Made by a program: the position numbers and the translations under genes
Shown here: piece by piece, positions 12,970 through 26,109 of the stretch
How positions within the stretch are numbered: the stretch's first letter is position 1
Layout of the letters: the number at the start of each line of letters is the position of its first letter
Notes under the pieces: model-generated
Database searches by the model: none
The model's input: only the letters and a program-made list of their open reading frames with translations
Told to the model about the DNA's origin: nothing
Origin: Adineta vaga
Lineage: Eukaryota > Animalia > Rotifera
Reading direction: 5' to 3'
Assembly: GCA_021613535.1 (NCBI GenBank)
Contig: CP075494.1
Coordinates: 16,058,001-16,122,000, forward strand
Length of the DNA: 64,000 bases

Positions 12970-13713
12970 AAACCCAGTAGAAGGAAGAGAACAGAAATGA
13001 CCTATATGTATTCAAAGTATTTGCTGATGCTTGAAAAAAAAGCAGAGACGCAGGAGAAAAAATACCCAGTAAGTGGGACGATGTCGTATATATAAGCTAT
13101 CTTATCTATTGAGTGTTATAAAATGGCAGTTGGCGCAGAACACAACACAATATTTTTCGACGCATTTATCATTTATTGTTTTTTTTCTCTTGTAGTATAA
13201 AGAAGAGCTGTAAACAGGTTTAACCAGTATACTATCAATTTTACGACATTCCATTTCACAGTAAATAAAAAATACATTAACAGTCACTAAATTCGATGTA
13301 ATTTCGAACAACTCGAGAGAGCGACAACGATATGTCCTATAAAAGAATCAGAAATTCACTTCTATTATCTCACTCTATCACAGACCAATTTGTACCGAAT
13401 TAAATAGTCTGTTCTTTCCTTGATCTATTTTCAATATTACATCTTCACTCTTTATTATGATCCTAAACAATTGCTTTTGTTGTTTATGTTTTCATTCATG
13501 ACATCATTAGACACGTTATCGTACATCCTTGAATTCCCCATTACTACTTTATTTATTGTTCAGTCTTTAGTTTCATGTATTTTTGATCTTATCATTTTTA
13601 TTTTTCTTCCTTCCCCTCTTTTTCTCATCCCAACGACACTCTACTATTAAGGTGTGAGTGAGGGTGTTGATAGAGAACTAAAATCTATACCTATCGTCGT
13701 CCTTTACCCTCAA
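12970..13713. repeat. Dispersed repeat, diverged copy of 25152-26109
   Basis: Shared blocks such as TATATAAGCTAT, TTTACGAC.TT.CATTT.ACAGTAA, TGTAATTTC.AACAACTCG and TTCACTTCTATT.TCTCA. Both copies end in a G/C hairpin closing with ACCCTCAA. Confidence 0.7.
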
Positions 13714-14006
13714 ACAGGAGATTTGGGACATATAGATGTTTGTCTTTTTAGCCTTTAATGTCAATATACAGTATACATAAAAAGGCTATTTGCGACGCTT
13801 CTTACATATATAAACAAACATTTTTATGAGTAGAAAAATGTGTAAGTCTTTACTACATGTCGTCACATAGAAAATTTACAAAAATTTTCATACAAGAACA
13901 TTTGAGTTTCATATCTTACAAAGGTTTTCTATTTATTTATATAATCTAATGTTTAAATTCTTTCTTTTCTAAAATACTTACATTGTATGCATTTAGATTT
14001 TGGAAA

Positions 14007-14240
14007 ATGAGCAATTCTTCAGATTCTGACGGTTGGGAAACTGCTTATGATAGTTCTAACACGGGGCCAAGCGAGCAAGAACTTCAAAGGCAACGAGACG
14101 AAAAGGAATTGCAAGATATACTTCAACAACAACGAGAGGCGGAATTAGAACGAGAAAGAGCCCGGCAAATGGAAGAGTTCTTAAAGCAAAATACTCCTCC
14201 ACCGTCGCAATCATCAGAATCATCAGAATCACAATGGTAA
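14007..14240 (+). CDS. Small acidic coiled-coil protein, function unknown
   Basis: 77-codon E/Q/R-rich ORF of protein-like composition, preceded by an acceptor-like TTTAG. No recognised family. Confidence 0.35.
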   Translation: MSNSSDSDGWETAYDSSNTGPSEQELQRQRDEKELQDILQQQREAELERERARQMEEFLKQNTPPPSQSSESSESQW

Positions 14241-14787
14241 TGATTTATGACTCAATAACTACAACAAATAAACAGACTTATAGTGTAAACCCCTTCCCGT
14301 ATCACAAGCTGTTACTTCTTTCTTTTTTCCCTTTTTTATTCTGACCTTATAACAAAAAAATGCGGAAACTTCGGATTTTATCCGAAAGTTATGTGTACCA
14401 CAAAAAGTGTATGAGGGAGATGAACCATTCTAGAATGTCTACGGAACAAAATTACCACGAGAAATTTTTCGATGAGCAAGATCTCTGATGACTTATTTTT
14501 GAATGAATTTTTGTGTTTGGATCTACCGGGATTACAGTCGTAAGTGATTTCATGAATCTATAAAAGATCTACGATAGATACACATATCAGCAATTTCATA
14601 ATAGATCATCAATATCAATAGGTATGGAGATCAGGTTTTTCCACTTTGATAGTCTCTCTGACTAGCTACAAAATCAAGCATTTGGGAAACTCCGAAACTA
14701 CAAGTCGTCTGAGAACCACCCTCAAGATGGGATGCTCTGGCCAATAATAACAATTTTTTCGATAACTCACCCATTTCTCGAGAGATC

Positions 14788-14912
14788 ATTCTCATCTTCG
14801 AAGTCGACCGAGGTATTTATGAGACAATTATGTGCACAAAGTTTCAGTTCAATCGATTATATTTTCGAAGAGTTATCGAATGAACAGACGAACGGACATA
14901 CCGATCGATTCT
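14788..14912 (+). repeat. Helentron/HINE-like interspersed repeat, copy 1
   Basis: TCATCTTCGAA.TCGACCGAG...GTTATCG...ACGGAC...GATCGATTCT shared with 18748-18878 and 46590-46725. Confidence 0.55.
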
Positions 14913-15006
14913 TGTCAACTACATAAAGAATCGTAAGGATCTATGAGGAACCGTTTTCCCCTCTTGTCTGAACAAGTCCTTGGAGAAAGTTCTTTGAAAA
15001 TTTTAG

Positions 15007-17616
15007 GTTCAATCATCAAATGAATCAATGAAAGATTACATTGAATTAAGTTTCCGTTCAATTGGTATATCAATAATTGATGATGTTAATCGCAGTGATT
15101 TATTTTTTATCACAATAAATCCTTCACATGAAATTTGGACTGAAAAACGAAAGATTAATTATCAACTAGTTTCAATTCAATTAAATGATCATTTAAATGA
15201 ACATTACAAAACATTTTTAAAACATAAACAATCAAATGGAGAGTTCGAAAATCATTTTCAAATTGATAAAAATTGAGTAAATATTTTCTTTTCTTTTAAA
15301 GTTTGTTTCATTTGATGAAGGACATAAAGTTCGTATTCATCATCAATCTCTAGAAGGTTTATGGTTAGGATATTCATGGTCAATAAGTAAAATGGCATTT
15401 CATGTTAAAATAAATCATATTCAAATTGATAGTCAATTACAAATTGCAATGTTTCCAACAATTCTTTATCCAATTATATCAAAAGCAGCAGGAACAAATA
15501 TTCGCATGAATTTTTATATTTCATTTCGAAAAAAAATCGAAATTGTTTCTTGTGAAATTTTTAGCTGGAAAACCATTTATTGAATTAAGTGTTCTTAAAA
15601 GTGAATCAGCCAAATCAAATACCATTCAGATCAAGTAATTTTTATTTAAAAAATATTTTTTATCTTATTTGAAATTCTTTCTTTTCAAAGATATTTGAAA
15701 TTATTAATTCAAGAATTTGCAGTTGCTGTTGATCAAGGTTTAATTTTAGCTTTGATTGAATTTTTCAAAGCTGAAGAAGTTTGTTTTAATGAATATCTTC
15801 AAATTTAATTTCTTTCTTTTCTTTTTAAAAAGACTCGTGCAGCACCAACAGTCAATATGGAAAGTGATTTAAAACGTGTTGAAAGACCTTTATCAATTCT
15901 ATCCAATGAAGGAACAGATAATACGTCACAAGAAACAAAAATATATTTTGATAATCTTCATTTATCTCCATTAAAAGTATTTTCTTTAAAAAAGAAAAAA
16001 ACTTTGTTTTTTTGAATAAAATGTTTATCTTTTAGATTCATGTTAGTTTTTCAATGCGTGGATCAAAAGCTGATAAACTATTATTAGCTGAATATCCATT
16101 AGTGGATTTTCTTTTACAACTTTTAAATTTAGCTGAAGTTCAAGATGTTATTCTAAAGTATATCTTTTTGATTGAAAATGTTTTTCTTAAATTTGTTTTT
16201 CTTTAGATTAAATTATTATGAAAGAAAAAATGATCGATATTCAATAACAAAATTAACACAAGAAATCACAGCTCATTATCAAAATCAATTTTTACAACAA
16301 CTTCATGTTGTTGTTCTTGGTTTAGATGTTCTTGGAAATCCTTTTGGACTTATTCGTGGAGTTGCTGGTGGAGTTGAATCATTATTTTATGAACCATATA
16401 AAGGTGCAATGGAAGGTCCAATGGAATTTTTAGAAGGAATTGCAACAGGTACAAAATATTTTGTTGGTTCTGTTGTTGGTGGTGCAGCTGGAGCTTTATC
16501 AAAAGTAACAGAAGCAGCAAGTAAAGGTTTAGCAACAATGACTTTAGATAAAGATTATCAAACAGCAAGAATTCAACGAAAAGAAATTCAAGCAGAAACA
16601 CAACCAGAAATAGTTTCAAGTGGAAAAAATGCTCTTAAAGTTTGATCTTTTTTCTTCGATTTTTCTTATTGAAATGCATTGATTTGATTTAGGATGTGGT
16701 TAAAGGCGTTAAAGGTGTTGTGAAAAAGCCAATGAAAGGAGCGAAACAAGGTGGAGCACAAGGATTTTTTAAAGGTTTAGGTAAAGGTTTTCTTGGTCTT
16801 GTTGGAAGACCAGCAAGTGGTGTTGCTGATTTAACAAGTACTTCATTCAAACTTATTAAAAAGTATTCTTTTTCAATTAAAAAGAAAGATTCAGATAATA
16901 GGATTTCGTTTTTTAAACAGAGTTGCAACTGATGAAATTATTATTCATCGAATAAGAAATCCACGTCATATTGGAAGAGATGGAATTGTTAGACCTTCAA
17001 TTGCATATGAAACTTTGGGAAGATTTATTTACGATGTTTGTTTCTTTTCGAAATCTTTTTTTCAAAAAAAACCATTTGAATTTTTCTTCAGAAATTTGAT
17101 GAATCACTTCATGGAGAAAACGAAGGTTATATTGCTCATATTGAACCATCAAGAGAACCTTCATCATTATTATTTGCAACAACAAAGTAACAAATGAAAA
17201 TCTTTTTTTTTTTCTTATTAAAAAAATCTTTTGTTTTTTAGACAAATTATTTTCTTAGTTGAAGATGAATCAACAAATGGAATTTATAAAATTGAATGGA
17301 TTCTTCATTATAAAGATATTAAAGGAAATCCAATTGTGAAATTTAATCCAAATTTTATTGAATTTATAATTAGAGTAATTCATTTCTCTGTTTTTCTTTC
17401 TTTATTTATTTATTTATTTATTTTCATTGTAAAGGAAACAAATGCAATTGGAATGACGAAAAAAGATATTATGCATGCAAGAGTTGTTCCATATCAAACT
17501 GTTGCGGAAGCACGAGTATGTTTTCAATTCTTTTCTTCTCTTCTTTGATTTTCTTTTGCTTTATTTAGTTTTTTGTTGATAAAATTATGGAAACAACGAA
17601 AGCATTGGAACTATAA
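15007..17616 (+). pseudogene. VPS13: VPS13-family C-terminal portion only, multi-exon
   Basis: LHLSPLKIHVSFS, VLGLDVLGNPFGLIR, LFYEPYKGA, KGAKQGGAQGFFKGLGKG and RIRNPRHI. Many short introns, an apparent in-frame TGA at 15274-76, and no upstream VPS13 exons in the window. Confidence 0.75.
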
Positions 17617-18010
17617 ACGATATTTCTCGTTTTTTATTTATTTGTTAATCACGCAAATTTATTCGATAATAAACACTCATCATTCTTAGCTAAAATCAAT
17701 CCATCCCGATCTAAAAGAATAAATTGTAATTGGTAATAAGAGAAACAAACAACTCCCCACAACTTAGTATCATTTGAAGCCCATCAACTTCTCTATTGAA
17801 TGGTATATTATAGTCGAGGTTTAGTTTTAACTAGATATGAAATTGATGAATAGAAATATAACGGTAGTTCTTACTGAAAATCAATAATATTCATGGAATA
17901 GTGCTTGACAACAGAACTATTCTTTTAAAAGTTATCCGAAAAACGGATGGTCGGATGCATTGACGGATTCTAAGATCAGGAAGATTTAATTTTTCAAAAC
18001 TAAAAAAAAT

Positions 18011-19613
18011 TCAAAAAGTTGTTTTATTAAATATTCCAATATTCGTATCAAAAGTAAGTAACATATTTGTTTCAACCGAATTTGCTTGATCAAATGAATA
18101 TAAAATGAAAGGACCGAGATCTGATGCTAAAATAAAGTAATGAAATAGAATATTTAGACAAATAAATCTAAACAAACCTTGAACACCAATAGTACATGTA
18201 ATACCACCATCTGTTGCTTCATAATATTTAACTTGAAATATATTTGGAAAATTTTCAAAGAAAATAACTTGAAAATGATAATATTCTTTTGGTTGTAAAT
18301 AATGACTCATATAATATTCAAATGTTAATATTTGATTTGGAGATTTTCCATCAGATTGATAATAAATACCTTGTGATGTATTCGAATAAATATATAAATC
18401 ATCCCAATATGGAAATATTGTTACATTAGAAAAGATATTTGATGGTAATAATGTTTCGGTGTAACTTGTTGAACAATTACCAAAACAAAGAATCTTTTGA
18501 AAATAATTCAATTTAAAATAAATATGAAAACATCGAATTAAAATTCAAATGTTATGTGTAATTCAAAAAGTAAAACTGACAACAGATTTGTTCTCATAAA
18601 TCTATTTAAAATAATTCTTCTTAGGCCCTGTAAAGAATCAACTCTTAGGTCTTGTGGATACCCTCCCCTCCTACCAACCCTTACTATCGATTTGAACCCT
18701 ATATTGACATTTCTACTGTAACTCATCAACGGTACAACAGATTGGGTTCATCTTCGAACTCGACTGAGATAATATTGTGTAGAAAATTTCATCACAATTG
18801 AATTAGACCTTCAGGAGTTATCGAGTAAACGGACGGGCACTGATCGATTCTAGAATGTACTCAATTTTTGAGTATACAAAAAGAAAATAAATAATACTTA
18901 CTCCATCTGTTGTCACATTTATTGAATTTGTTGTTTTATTATAGATAGTTATATTCCATGGAATAGTAACCTTAAACATTTGATCATCAGCTGATCCATT
19001 TGTTGCTGATGAAAATATAATATTACTATTCTTTAATTGAATACCAGGAGCATCAGCACAAATTCCGTTTGAACAACTATAATTAAATGCACATTTATTA
19101 TTGATTTGACCACAATTATTTGAATCAATTAAAATATTAACACAGTTATTTGATACTTCATTGAACATATTTGGATAAATACAATTTACTTAAAAGAGAT
19201 TTAATTTTAGTTAATTCAATTATCAATTTGTTTTCTTTACTTCGTGTTGTTGTTGTCATTGTTGAATTATCTAAATAATAATACAATGATTTCTATTTTT
19301 AAATAGAATAAATCTTACTTGTTACTGGAATTGATTTATTTTTAATAAGAAGAATTGGAAGAAGAATGGATAAAAGAATTAATAATAAACAAAGTAAACA
19401 TAATAAACAGTATAAACATGATTTTAATCTATTTCATTTTAAAAATATTAAAGTAAGAAGAGAAATGAAAGAAATCTTTAACCTTAATTTATTTGAATAT
19501 GAAAAACGTTCTGTTAGTTGTAAATCAATTAATTTTGGAACAGAATGTTCAATAATAGATGGAGATTTTACCTTTAACCAAATCGATTGATCATTATTTG
19601 TTATTGTTTCCAT
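18011..19613 (-). CDS. Single-pass membrane protein with STIG1-like Cys motif and NIDO-like domain
   Basis: ATG at 19613, TM CLLCLLCLLLILLSILLPILLI, CVNILIDSNNCGQINNKC..YSCSNGIC, then SADD..TTDG and FPYWDDLYIY..QGIYY. Short introns, one expanded by a repeat. Confidence 0.65.
18748..18878 (+). repeat. Helentron/HINE-like repeat, copy 2 (intronic)
   Basis: Same motifs as 14788 and 46590; terminal stem-loop TGTACTCA-atttt-TGAGTATACA. Confidence 0.6.
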
Positions 19614-20041
19614 TGGAAAATCTAAAGAATATTTTCAAACGATTCATTCTGTTGCCTCACTTTTTCTTTTCAGATTTATTCATTTATTCATTTTGAATAA
19701 ATTAAATAATTAACATATCTTTTTTTATTCTTATTCATCCTACTCATATTCTTAATATCGACCATAGAGTTCGAATTGATTTTTATCGAGTTGAAAAATA
19801 CTGTTAATATTCAATTTGTTCTGATGTTATGAATCGTAATATCTACATTATAACGAAACATTTATTTTTTTATCTCTTTCTTGTCGACTATCATAGAATG
19901 GAGTTAATGATTAATTAACATAAAATATAACGTTAAGAATTCAATGATCTTTATTGGAATCAAATAAAAGACATAAATGATAAATCATTCATGAGATGTC
20001 TAATTCGAGTTATAACATAAATAAATATATATATAAATACA

Positions 20042-20580
20042 TACAAGATGGCCCAAAAGTCACGTTACTAAAAAAAATTAAATATATCCCTTATGGTTCG
20101 AGCAAAGAACCTAGTTTTTTTTATCAATAGTAGATGCGCCTTCAAGCTTAATATCCATACGAACAAGGTTAGGAAAAGCCTTTGTTAAGTACCACTATTG
20201 ATATCAACAAGGCGATTTTACTTTTCTACCGAGAGGGAAAAAACACTGGTATAAGATGATGCAAAAGTCACTTTATCGAAATGAAAATTGAATACCTCTG
20301 TAATAGTTAGAGGAAACGAGCTGCTTTTTTACAAAGAATAGAGGCGTGTCCACACGCCAGAACCATATAAACAAGACAAATGAGAAGCTTTATTAAGTAC
20401 ATTGTTTTCCTTTTCTATTTGTAGAAAAGTAAAATTGTCTTGTGTTGATATCAATAGTGATACTTAACAAAGGTGCTTCCTAATCTTGTTCGTATGGATA
20501 TGAAGATTGAAGACGCCTCTACTATTGATAAAAGAATCAGCTTCTTTGCTCGAACATAGTCATGTCGATTTAGATTTAGT
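20042..20580. mobile_element. Tc1/mariner-like MITE with long imperfect inverted repeats
   Basis: Starts TA-CAAGATGGCCCAAAAGTC. ~20097-20229 is an imperfect inverted copy of ~20421-20556; right terminus eroded. Confidence 0.6.
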
Positions 20581-20864
20581 TTTCCGTATAATAGTCGTGT
20601 TGATGTCGCATGAGTTTGGAAATTCGAAATATAATATAAATGCACATTCTAAAGCCTCATATCAATTGGAACAAATATGTGTATAGAGTGAGAGTATGCA
20701 ATAAGATAATACACTTACACTCTCACTTTCACACACCTCACATCCTTTACAAAGAAGTTGTCTTATTCAAATATCTTCTGAATAAGTTTCCGGAATTTAT
20801 AAGAAACTATAATGTGTATTGTAATCAGATAAAATCGAAAATTTTCAAGAAACAAAATTCTTTA

Positions 20865-23298
20865 TTAGAAATGATCATTACATGAACATTTTCCATTAGA
20901 AAAATCATGAATACGATTAGCATCACGAATAATAATCTGACATTGCCGAATTTGACTAATTAGTTTGATTGCAGCATCTATTAAAAAACAAACAAATAAT
21001 GAATGAAAATATTTTTTCTCTATAAGATATTGAATATCTTATAGAGAATAAACAATAACTTACGACAATCACCACAAATACGAAGATTTTTAACGATTTG
21101 AATTCGTGATGGTATTGGTCGTTGAATAAAATTAAATGCAAGTGCTAATCGTTCACTATGTGAATTAAGAATTGATTCAACGCTTTCATCTGCCATCATT
21201 GGACGTGTTATCCAACTTGAATCAAATTTATGACCATGTTCAATAAGTTCGTTTTCTATTCGATGAAGTTCTTCATAGATTTCACGAGTTCGTGGATGAG
21301 ATCGATCCTGAACACGAAATTGCTAAAAGATTCAATGAAAAATTCGATTAGAATTAACAGAGAAGAATCTTCTTTTTTTACCACAATTTCGCCATTGACT
21401 TCAGTCCAAGATAAACCAACTTGTTTCTTTGCACCCGATTGATTCAATTTCCATCTAATTTGTGATGCTTCTTGTAATTCTCCTGATGATGCCAATGTAT
21501 TTGTAAGAAGTATTGATGCCGGTAACAAATGTTCGTCGACATTTTGAAATCGTTCTCGTATTTGATTAGTTATTTCTCGTGCTAAAAGTGCATCATTTCG
21601 ATTGCGAACACCTGATAACAATGACACTAAAGAAAATGAATAATCTATATTTGAAATATTAGAGATGAACAAAAATTTTTCTTAAAATAGAAATAGCTTT
21701 CATAATCTACTATTCATCATTTTTGTATCAAACATAATAATTTTTCATGTAAAAAAACTTACTATACATATGTAGATCAGGAAGTTGATCACGTTCAAAT
21801 TCTTGAATCAATTGTTTTGCTTCATCAAAGAAAAACGAACGACTCAAACAATCGATCTAAATTAATAAATTCATAGTTCAATTATTTATTAATAATATTC
21901 AATAACCATTGTTGTATAAATGTATTTAGTTTTGTTTGGAATTGTTGAGAAAATTGAACGAGCTTCATCAACAAGACCTGAATGTGAACAGGCATTCAAA
22001 ACGCAAGTATAAGCTTTGTCATGAAGCATTTCTCTTGGCATTTGATAATAAAGTTCAATTGCATTATGACCCATTCCATTCAAACCATATGAATTAACTT
22101 TTTAAAATGAATTAACAAAAAGAAAACAATCAAAGTTAAATATAAACTTACTCATAGAAGCGTATACTACAGGATCTCGTTGATGAATTTTCTCAAAAAT
22201 TTGTTTCGCTTCATTCACACATCCTACTTTACCCTATTGTTTGAGATAAAAAGAAAAGAATAAATGAAAATAAATAAATCAAATATGACTTGCCCACATA
22301 TGAATTAAAGCTGATTGAAGTTGTAAATTATTTAACATAGAAGATGGAATTTGTTTGACAATCGATCGACAACGTGATTCGATTCCAAGTTGAGCACATG
22401 CATCAATCAAAAGTACAAATATGATAATATTTGCTTGAATATTTTCATTTGTCATCCTTTCATATAAATTAAGAGTATTCATCGGCATATGATGATTATT
22501 ATAACATTTCATCATTTGTCCATAATCAATTACAATACGTTTCTTTTTATTAAATAACTTTTCAGCATTTATTATATCATCACATTTGATAAACATATCA
22601 AGTGTGGTATTAAGAATGTATTGATTTTTATAATAAATTAATGGCATTTGAGACCAAATTTTTCGACCAAAATCTAATGCTTCTTTCGTTCGTACTTGAG
22701 CACAACTGTTAAATAAGAGACATAGAAGAATTTCATCTGGATCAGTTACTTTTTTAAAGAGTTCAATAGCTTTTTCAGACATATTATTTTTTATGAAGCC
22801 TAAATAAGAAAATAACGAAATAACAACTATATGTATCAATTAAATAACCTTTCATCATTGAAGTATAATGAACCATTGTTTTATTTTTAGATGAATCAAA
22901 AACATGTTGAGCATCGTTTACTCGACCACATTGCACTTGAAGAATTAAAAGAAAATAATTTCAATTTCATCTAACAAGATAAATTTACTATAGAATTGAA
23001 TAAGTAATGGTTGAATATAAGTATTATTCAATGCATTCTTGGAGAGATTTTTATGAATGATTTGACCACGTTCAATATAACCTAATTGAGTACACGCTTT
23101 TAATGCTTGACAAATAGCTGCATCTGTTGGTATTGTTTGATGTTCATGTTTATCAAATAGAGCAAGTGCTTTAACAAATTCTTTTCTCTCATTTAGTTTC
23201 TTTAATTCAAGTTCAATATTTTTCTTCGTTGAATTTGTTATTGTGCGTAGAATATTGTTGTATTTTGATTTTGTATGATGAAACATAGTAATAAACAT
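20865..23298 (-). CDS. PPR protein with C-terminal DYW-type deaminase domain
   Basis: PPR repeats (CVLNACSHSGLVDEARSIF), KKQVGLSWTEV box, HSERLALAF, KNLRICGDCH and IRDANRIHDFSNGKCSCNDHF*. Many GT-AG introns. Confidence 0.9.
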
Positions 23299-23660
23299 CT
23301 ACAATAATAAGTCATATATGAATTTATATGTTCAATGATGGATTATAAATAAAATTTGTACATAACAGAAATATATCATCAATATTTTGTTGATGATTTT
23401 CTTTTCAAATTTTTGTTTTTCACCTTTTGATTTCTTATAGTTATAAAACGAACGAAATATCAATATTGATCATAAAAAGAATTCTATTTTAAGTTTCGAA
23501 TGCCATAAATTATTCAATTATTAATTGATACACAATTTCTACACAATAAAATATGATTAGTTGATAACAGTGCAATAAACATATCGTTGTAATATATTAT
23601 TTTTAGATCGGTAGATGTCGGAAATGTAAAGGCTATTGAAGAATAAGAGTTACTAACATT

Positions 23661-23705
23661 TTGAGGGTGTAAATACTCTTTAAATTTAACCCACACCCAC
23701 TCTTA
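23661..23705. repeat. Telomere-hexamer-like hairpin
   Basis: TTGAGGGTGT..TACTCTTTAAATT..ACCCACACCCAC; spacer nearly identical to that of 27922-27967. Confidence 0.7.
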
Positions 23706-23855
23706 TGATGCTTTCGCAACATATGACAGAAAAGTAGCGTTGTTTTTTTTTGTTGGTAATTATGCAAGACTTGAAATTACTCAATTCTTCAAGTATGCTT
23801 TGTCTCTATATGTATATAAAGCACTGCTTTGGCTGTAGAAGTTTAGTTTTTGACG

Positions 23856-24408
23856 ATGACTTCACTTGATTTCAATTTCGCCGAACCGATCGCTTCGTCC
23901 GATAGTGCGTCTGATTCTGATATGGATTCAACTCCAGAACGTGTCGGTGCAATTCACAAGTCAGATCATGTCGTGCTCAACGGACGTCCCGTCAAAGTAG
24001 TTGAAGTATCACATTCAAAGCCAGGAAAACATGGCCATGCAAAGGTTAATTAACAATTTTTTTCTCTTTTTTTGTTAATTTTAATTTGATCTTCTTCAGG
24101 TTCATTTAGTTGGTATTGACATCTTTACAAGTCGTCGATATGAAGATGTTCGTCCAGTTGGACATATGATTCAAGTGCCAAATATTCAAAAAAAAGAATA
24201 TACGATTGTTGACCTCAATGGATGTGATTCTATAACATTACGTGATGATATTACAAGTAAAACACGTAATGATTTAAAATTAAAAAAAGATTGGGACATT
24301 ACCGCTCGAATCCTCGACAAATACAAGGAAGGAAAAGGTCGGATAAAAGTTACTGTTTTCAAAGCATTCGGCGAAGAGCAAATCAAAACATTTAAAGTAG
24401 TAGAGTAG
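23856..24408 (+). CDS. eIF5A: Translation factor eIF5A-like, divergent paralog
   Basis: [31 protein letters not shown]; intron 24045-24099 joins the two ORFs in frame. Confidence 0.88.
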
Positions 24409-25151
24409 TGTCGATGAACACATACGTATGTTCATAGAACACTGGTCTCACCAGTATAAGAAAAATATTATTTTTAAAAATTTTTATTTGAAAATAAAGT
24501 TCCATCAGTTTACGTTTAATTCAAATTCATGTTGACTTTGAATAACTAAGTGTTGACTTGAAAAATGTTCCAAAATAGCGTATGATATTCTGTTATTTTT
24601 CGAAGAATATTCATGTATCTCCACAATAGAAGAAGACGAAGCGAGATCTACTACGAATGTAGCTTCATGTAATGCACGACATTCAAGCGATGATCTCAAA
24701 TTTTTTGAAATACCACAAAGAAAATTTTGACCAGCTTGGACTAGCATTTTGCGTAATGGAAAGATAATACAGAAGAATATTTGCCTGACAAATGTCAGAG
24801 AGATTCCAGCTGATTTTGAACGTTTGAACGTTTGAATGTATGAATCAGAATTTTCGGACTTCGAACGATCATTCTCAATCAGAAATACAAGATCTTGAGG
24901 ATATGGCTGTGGCTCTGGGTACTACGTCTATCTAAAACCCACCCCACCCACCCCTTTTTGGTTTTATAACAGTGTAAATTTAAGTTATGTGTGTGTATTT
25001 TGATTCTTTAAATTAAAATTGAAATAGATATATAATCTTAAATCTACCTGAAGAGATCCTTGAGCAAGATCGAAACTGGTCCTTGTATGCTGATCTAGCA
25101 CTCAGAAAATGTGATGTATTCGAACGGTATCATGCGAAGAATAATATCCAC

Positions 25152-26109
25152 TTGAGGGTGGGGAAAAAACCCAGGAGAAGAAAGAAAAAAGAAATACTCC
25201 ATAAATAGGATGCTGTCGGATATATAAGCTATGGATTCTATCGAGATAGTATCAACTGATATTTGGAGCAGAATACAACCTAATATTCTTCGACGCATTC
25301 ATCATTTATTGTTTTTTTTCTTGCAATATAAAAAATAACTGCTAACAGGCGAACCAGTAAAGTATCAAGTTTACGACGTTTCATTTAACAGTAATTTAAA
25401 AAATTAACAATCAGTAAATCGTATGTAATTTCTAACAACTCGTGATAATGACAGCAATATGTAGTAAAACAATAAGAATTTCACTTCTATTTTCTCATTC
25501 TAGCCCAGACTGATTTATATTGAACAAAATACAGATCAGTTTGTTTTCGTTATTTATCTGGTCTCTTCTTATTATTTTTTCTCCATATTTTGCTCTTTTC
25601 TCTCGTCTCTATGCTCCCTTCTTATTTTTTGCTAACATAGATGCTTGCGAGAACGACTCAAATACGTCTACAATATTGCCTTCAGTAGATGTGTTTTCTA
25701 TTAGATCAGACGTATTATTCAATGGTCTGTTTTTTATCCATATGTCACTTTGCAGCTAACACCCCATGTGCTTATTCTTCCTTACATATCGTCGATTAGT
25801 AGACAGCGTATTATTTTTATTTCCTTTTGTTTTAACCAGAGTAGCTCAGTTTCTAGGTTGATTCCTTTCTTTTTTCTTCTCCTTCTCTCTTCTCGTTACT
25901 CTATGTTCTTCTGTGCTTTGCGATTATGTCACGATCAAAAGCTTATCCGTCTCTTGTTTTTACTTGTTTCGGCTTTTCTTCGAGTTAGTTGGTCGATATC
26001 GCAGTTAGACAGTAGTTGAGCGAAAAGAAGAACAGATATCATTAGGGTGTGGGTGTGGGTGTGGGTATTGGTGTGAAAGAAGATGAGATACCCATACCCA
26101 CACCCTCAA
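25152..26109. mobile_element. Putative non-autonomous element bounded by TTGAGGGTG...CACCCTCAA
   Basis: 9-bp inverted termini, internal similarity to 12970-13713, and a right-end hairpin of (TGTGGG)n / (CCCACA)n-like repeats at 26042-26109. Confidence 0.5.

Noticed and set aside
26042-26109. True telomere or Athena retroelement junction
   Set aside because: Only ~3 hexamers, internal and inverted, with no Penelope-like RT nearby.
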